Shown here in pieces: positions 16,038 through 20,606 of a stretch of 20,606 nt of DNA. The stretch is taken from contig JBNJGY010000040.1 in assembly GCA_051748045.1 (NCBI GenBank), positions 1 to 20,606 of the forward strand, given 5' to 3'. The stretch comes from Thermotogota bacterium (lineage in GTDB: Bacteria; Thermotogota; Thermotogae; Petrotogales; Petrotogaceae). The notes under the pieces were generated by a model. The model worked only from the letters and a program-made list of their open reading frames with translations. It had not been told where the DNA came from and made no database searches. Position numbers and translations under genes: made by a program. Position 1 is the stretch's first letter; each line of letters opens with the position of its first letter.

Positions 16038-18015
16038 CTAAATCACTCATTATTATATTTTCAATTATTCCCATTATTTCTTCTATTATAAAAGGTTTTT
16101 TTATAAAATAATTTATACCTAATGAATAAGCTCTTTTTGTATTTGATGAAGACTTTTTAAAGTCTATTAGTATAAATTTTATTTTTCTGGTGTTTGATTT
16201 TTCGTTCATTTTTTGTTTCAATGAAAATCCATCTATTTTAGGTAAAGATATAGCAGAAATAACCAAATCAATTTTTGTCTCATACAATATTTTTAATGCT
16301 TTTTCACCATTTCTAACATTAAGAACTTGATATCCAAGATCAATTAAATAATTTTTTAATATATTTGTAGAATATTCATCATCATCAGCTATTAAAACAA
16401 CTTCAGTATCTTCTGTATAGTCTTTAAGCATTTGATCTTCAAAAAGTATATTATCACCTATACTTTTTGCTATTTTTAATCTCAACTGACCCATGTCAAA
16501 TATATCATCTATTATTCTGTCATATCTTTTTTCTTCATTGAAATACTCACTAAAACTAACAATTGCTAATGAAATGGTTGGTTTCTCAATAAAAATATCA
16601 CTATCTTTGATTATGTTAATAATTCTTTCTGCATAAGGATAAGGGTCACTATCATCTTTTATATAATATGCAAAAAGAGAGCCTTTTAATTTATAAAGCT
16701 CATGTTTATCACTTTTATTTTCTCTTAGTAATATTGAAACATTCCTAAGTGTTTCATCACCCATAGAGTCGCCATAGGATGAATTGATTTCTGATAGGTT
16801 ATTAACATTTATAAATATAATTTTATAGTTTAGTTTTTCTTCTAAAGCTTTTTGTAAATCATAAGACAATGCTTCAACAAATGATTTTCCATTTTTTAAA
16901 TTTGTCAAATCATTTTTATATAAATTGACTTTTGTATCATTGAGAGTTTGTTTTAATATTTTGTTATCTACTTCTATATTGTTTAACTTCTTTTTCAGCT
17001 TATTAAGTTCTACAACAGTTTCATTTAAAACTTCCTTTATAATAGATGGAGTTTGTATGTTATATTTTATACAAAAATCATCAATTAACCCTTTAACGAA
17101 TATTAATGATTCAATTCCTTTGTGATAATAAATCAAAGAACTAATCTCATTTAACACTTTCTCAGGAGCATCATTTTGATGATTTTTTGCGACTGAAAGC
17201 ATTTTTTCCTTAAATCTTTCGTCTTTCCCTGGTATTTTCTTTGAAATATCTTTTATAAGAACTTTATAATTTACCATCGAAAGCATCTTTTTTGCTATAT
17301 GTCTAGAATAAATTCCTGCTTCAATATTTCTTACTTTATTTATAGCCTCTTTACTATTTTTACTAATTAAAGAACCGTAAAAAGGAGCTATAGTATCTAT
17401 TTTAAGGTCATCTATATAATCTAAAATCGGCTCTAATAATTCTGAGCTTGCAAAATTATATTCATGATAAGCAACCATTAAATCAAAATAATTAAAATCT
17501 GCATACATAGATAAGTTGTTAGCAATTGCACCAAATAGATTTCCTGAAAATAAAACGTGTCTTTTTTCATCATAAACAATAAAAGTCCCTGGTGATTTTA
17601 AATAAGGAATTGGTATTACATTCAAGTAATTCCCATCCATAAAATCTATGGAGTCTTTATAATCTACAATAATATACTCGCATTCTAGGCCTAAAGTTTC
17701 AAGAGATAACTTTATATTCCAAGAAGTTATTATCTTCGGTTTAGTAGGAAGTATTTCAAAAATTTTAGATAAAGAAGACACTTTTTCAATATCAGCAGAA
17801 GTTATAAGGATTTTATTAATTTGGTCAAAGTTAATTATCTCATTGATAGTTTCGTATATATGATCAAACATAATAACTGGTCCAGGATCTACCAAAATTA
17901 TATCGTTGTCATTGACAATAAGGTATTGGTTGATCCTTAGATTCCGTGGTTGAATATATGGACTCAACCAGTATATAGAATTTGCTATTTCCCTTTTAGA
18001 GTTATTGTTTGCCAT
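16030..18015 (-). CDS. MBL-fold (ODP/FprA-like) + degenerate GGDEF + atypical receiver domain protein
   Basis: NQYLI...LVDPG, YDEKRHVLFSGNLFG and IAPFYG (MBL/ODP fold); coiled coil; NDLTNL...INSSYGDSMGDETL (GGDEF fold, signature replaced by KGSLF); VLIADDD...LPKIDGF...IKKPF (REC). ATG 18015 follows GAAGGA. Confidence 0.8.
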   Translation of the reverse strand: MANNNSKREIANSIYWLSPYIQPRNLRINQYLIVNDNDIILVDPGPVIMFDHIYETINEIINFDQINKILITSADIEKVSSLSKIFEILPTKPKIITSWNIKLSLETLGLECEYIIVDYKDSIDFMDGNYLNVIPIPYLKSPGTFIVYDEKRHVLFSGNLFGAIANNLSMYADFNYFDLMVAYHEYNFASSELLEPILDYIDDLKIDTIAPFYGSLISKNSKEAINKVRNIEAGIYSRHIAKKMLSMVNYKVLIKDISKKIPGKDERFKEKMLSVAKNHQNDAPEKVLNEISSLIYYHKGIESLIFVKGLIDDFCIKYNIQTPSIIKEVLNETVVELNKLKKKLNNIEVDNKILKQTLNDTKVNLYKNDLTNLKNGKSFVEALSYDLQKALEEKLNYKIIFINVNNLSEINSSYGDSMGDETLRNVSILLRENKSDKHELYKLKGSLFAYYIKDDSDPYPYAERIINIIKDSDIFIEKPTISLAIVSFSEYFNEEKRYDRIIDDIFDMGQLRLKIAKSIGDNILFEDQMLKDYTEDTEVVLIADDDEYSTNILKNYLIDLGYQVLNVRNGEKALKILYETKIDLVISAISLPKIDGFSLKQKMNEKSNTRKIKFILIDFKKSSSNTKRAYSLGINYFIKKPFIIEEIMGIIENIIMSDLDD

Positions 18016-18026
18016 AAAATCATCCT

Positions 18027-19037
18027 TCAATAATAATGAGTGTAATTCCAAAAATAATCTGATATTTCCAAAACAGTATCTTTTACCTCTAATAAAAATA
18101 GTTTTTCTTCTCTTGATATTTTCTCTAAAACACCATCATTTCTAATAATTTCTAAATCTTCTAATATTTCTAACTCATAAATATTATGATATTTATATTC
18201 AGTCTTTTCTTTTAATTTAAGTCCATCAGGAATATTCTTATGGTTAATATCTTTTATATAAAAAACATTTCCATTTCTGACTAAAAGCAATCCTGAAGTA
18301 ACTGAAAAAGCTGGATATATTTTTTCATAATTTTTATAAAAGTTTAGCAAATTTTCTATCCTAGCATCTGAAAAGTTCATATAAATTGTTTCATCTCTAT
18401 AATAAATCCCAAAATCAACTACATAAAGCATTGGGATCATTCCATCAATTATTTCTGCCATTTTTTTTAAGTCATAACCTCTCGATGAGTTTTCATATTC
18501 TGAATCTATTGTATTTGTAAAAGCTAAAACTTTCTTATCAGAAAAAACATTTTTTATTTCTTTCAGAAAAGTCATATATTTTTCTGTATTTTCTCCATCT
18601 TCGAGATTAATCCATTCAAAATCTACAACAATACCTTCATAATTAATGTTTAATGAATCTATAAATTTTTTGTTTGAGGTGATTAAATTGAACCTATTAT
18701 TATATAGTTCTAAAAAGCTCTCTGAACCAAAACTATCAAAAAACCAAAGATAAAGTTTTATTCCTCTATCCTCTAATAAATTAGAAAAAAGTTTTAAATT
18801 TTCTTTTGATGTTTTGTAAAAAAAGAAATTTCCTCTTTCAGATACATCTGCTCTGCCCAAATGTATAATAACTTCATCAAAATCTTTATTGATATTATCT
18901 ACAATTTTAAGAATCTCTTCTCTCCCAGAATCCCTAAAAGTTTTTAAGATAAAAATATCATCACCGATTATTATTCCTTTAGAAAATAGGAATAGACTCA
19001 TAAAAAGAAAAATAAATATTAGAATATATTTTTTCAT
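18027..19037 (-). CDS. Secreted putative glycoside hydrolase, GH18-like TIM barrel
   Basis: Signal peptide MKKYILIFIFLFMSLFLFS; GIKLYLW, YEGIVVDFEW (DxE end of the GH18 DxxDxDxE motif), YDL...IDGMIPMLY. ATG 19037 follows AAGGTG. Confidence 0.55.
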   Translation of the reverse strand: MKKYILIFIFLFMSLFLFSKGIIIGDDIFILKTFRDSGREEILKIVDNINKDFDEVIIHLGRADVSERGNFFFYKTSKENLKLFSNLLEDRGIKLYLWFFDSFGSESFLELYNNRFNLITSNKKFIDSLNINYEGIVVDFEWINLEDGENTEKYMTFLKEIKNVFSDKKVLAFTNTIDSEYENSSRGYDLKKMAEIIDGMIPMLYVVDFGIYYRDETIYMNFSDARIENLLNFYKNYEKIYPAFSVTSGLLLVRNGNVFYIKDINHKNIPDGLKLKEKTEYKYHNIYELEILEDLEIIRNDGVLEKISREEKLFLLEVKDTVLEISDYFWNYTHYY

Positions 19038-19047
19038 AAACATCACC

Positions 19048-19896
19048 TTATTTTGAATTTAGAAAAAATTGAATATCTTCTTGTTCAAAATCTTTTAAAT
19101 CTCTTTTTAACAATTCTTTAGCTTTATCTTTAATTTCATCTATATTTTGAACCCCTTCTTTAAATAAATTAGCGATTATCTCTGTTGCCTCATAATCTTT
19201 GTAAAAACCTTCTGGAGTATGTGGCTTGTCATGGGCTTCTACTATTATGTCAGCGTTGTAAGATCTTATTGTATTCATCAATTCCAAAAAAATATTTGGT
19301 AAATAAACCCATTTCTTTTGGTATAAATCTGGGGCAGTGATATCTCCTAAAAACAAAACATTTTTTTCTTTTATATATATAATATTTCCATCAGTTGTAT
19401 GGTCGTTTTCTGTTTTTCTTATCTGAATAGTTATTCCACCAAGATCCAGTTCTAAATAGTTTTCAAAAACAATGTTTGGCATCATTATCTTTATGTCTTT
19501 TCTATTATCTTTAAACTCTTTTTTTATCATTTCAGCACAGAACTCAATTTCTGTTCCACTTTTTACCCTTTCATCGAGAGAAACATCGTCCCATTTATAA
19601 TCTTTCATTCTTTGTAATTCTTTTTTTGTTTCTTTATTAGTTATAATTGTGCTATCCTCAAAATAACTCATCCCAAAAGTGTGGTCCCAATGCCAATGAG
19701 TAATTACTACATAGTCAATATCAAAAGCATTAATCTTCCTCAATCCTTCGACAAACTCTTTTGCATGCTTTGGAGAATTTCCCGCATCAATCAAAAGACT
19801 TCTTTCTTCTCCTTGAACAAACATTAAAATTGGTCTATCTGTTGCTTCGTCCGGATTTGAATAATAAATCCCATCCATTAATTTGTTAATAATCAT
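19048..19896 (-). CDS. MBL-fold metallo-hydrolase
   Basis: LIDAGNS, intact THWHWDH (HxHxDH), DHT, FLGD, EAH; ATGA overlap with the upstream gene. Confidence 0.9.
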   Translation of the reverse strand: MIINKLMDGIYYSNPDEATDRPILMFVQGEERSLLIDAGNSPKHAKEFVEGLRKINAFDIDYVVITHWHWDHTFGMSYFEDSTIITNKETKKELQRMKDYKWDDVSLDERVKSGTEIEFCAEMIKKEFKDNRKDIKIMMPNIVFENYLELDLGGITIQIRKTENDHTTDGNIIYIKEKNVLFLGDITAPDLYQKKWVYLPNIFLELMNTIRSYNADIIVEAHDKPHTPEGFYKDYEATEIIANLFKEGVQNIDEIKDKAKELLKRDLKDFEQEDIQFFLNSK

Positions 19897-20606
19897 CTTC
19901 CATCCTCCATTTTCAAAAATTTTTCTATAACTTGTGTAAATTCAGTAGGTTTTTCTTCTTGAGGCAAATGACCTGTATTTTCTAAAATTACCAATGTTGA
20001 ATTATTAATATCTTCAGATAATTTTATACTTTGTTCAGTTGGTACAACAACATCACTATCTCCAGTAATTACTAGAGTAGGAACACTTATTTGGTCTAAT
20101 TTTTCTATAATTTCATAATTTTTACTTCCCTTAATAAATTCCCAAAAAGCTTTTTTATAACCTTTAACCAATGTTGGTCTTTTATATTCTGCTAATACTT
20201 CCTTAGTTACCTTGTTTTCATCATAGAAAGCAGTTTTAATAAAATCATCTCCATTGTTATTAAGCAAGATTGCAGTTATTTCAGGCCCTAAATAATTGAT
20301 TTGGGGTAAATATAATAATGGTTTAATAAAATCTGGTGAACCGCCCCCTAAATAAACTGCAGCATCAACTAAAATTAAATTTTTTACCATTCCAGGGTAT
20401 CTAAAATAAAAATTTAATGAAATAGTTCCACCCGCTGAATTACCAACTAAAGTGGCTTCTTCTATATCTTTTTTTTCCATTAATTTTTTTATTAAATCAA
20501 TTTGATAATCAGTGGTGTAAATATTTATTTCATTATTAAGAGACCTTTCAGTTAACCCAAAGGAAGGTCTATCAAAAGCTATTACATGATAATTTTCACC
20601 AAGCTC
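19893..20606 (-). CDS. Alpha/beta fold hydrolase (5'-truncated by window)
   Basis: Frame is open to the window end (YHVIAFDRPSFGLT); nucleophile elbow GNSAGG, acid GDSD, catalytic His GHLPQEE. Confidence 0.9.
   Translation of the reverse strand, partial: ELGENYHVIAFDRPSFGLTERSLNNEINIYTTDYQIDLIKKLMEKKDIEEATLVGNSAGGTISLNFYFRYPGMVKNLILVDAAVYLGGGSPDFIKPLLYLPQINYLGPEITAILLNNNGDDFIKTAFYDENKVTKEVLAEYKRPTLVKGYKKAFWEFIKGSKNYEIIEKLDQISVPTLVITGDSDVVVPTEQSIKLSEDINNSTLVILENTGHLPQEEKPTEFTQVIEKFLKMEDGR

Noticed and set aside
4585-17125. Short antisense ORFs 4585-4788, 5520-5726, 7419-7607, 10992-11246, 13729-13959 and 16925-17125
   Set aside because: All lie fully inside long genes on the opposite strand. 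Their F/L/I/S-rich composition is the expected mirror of Lys/Glu/Asn-rich coding DNA.

Overview
AT-rich bacterial chromosomal window. The MKK...FS-type signal peptides, T. maritima-type CorA and low GC suggest Thermotogota/Petrotogales, but this is inference. It holds 16 conventional CDSs (two truncated by the window edges) plus two small ORFs missing from the ORF track; I see no rRNA, tRNA, CRISPR array or transposase. Left part: Ca-binding-loop protein (partial), GNAT plus serine hydrolase, a compact two-micropeptide transcription unit (19-bp-spacer promoter, 14-bp palindrome, terminator), a P-loop kinase-like protein, a secreted TPR protein, a stand-alone T4 gp43-like family B DNA polymerase, corA, and two PAS-GGDEF diguanylate cyclases flanking an AlkD-like gene. 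Right part: a tightly coupled minus-strand operon (alpha/beta hydrolase, MBL hydrolase, secreted GH18-like protein, a triply degenerate ODP-GGDEF-REC protein, HEAT-repeat/processive GT2 fusion) converging on a TPR + beta-barrel-like gene. Together these look like a synthase-dependent exopolysaccharide secretion system with an unusual pseudo-enzyme regulator. All family calls come from motif reading only; no searches were run.
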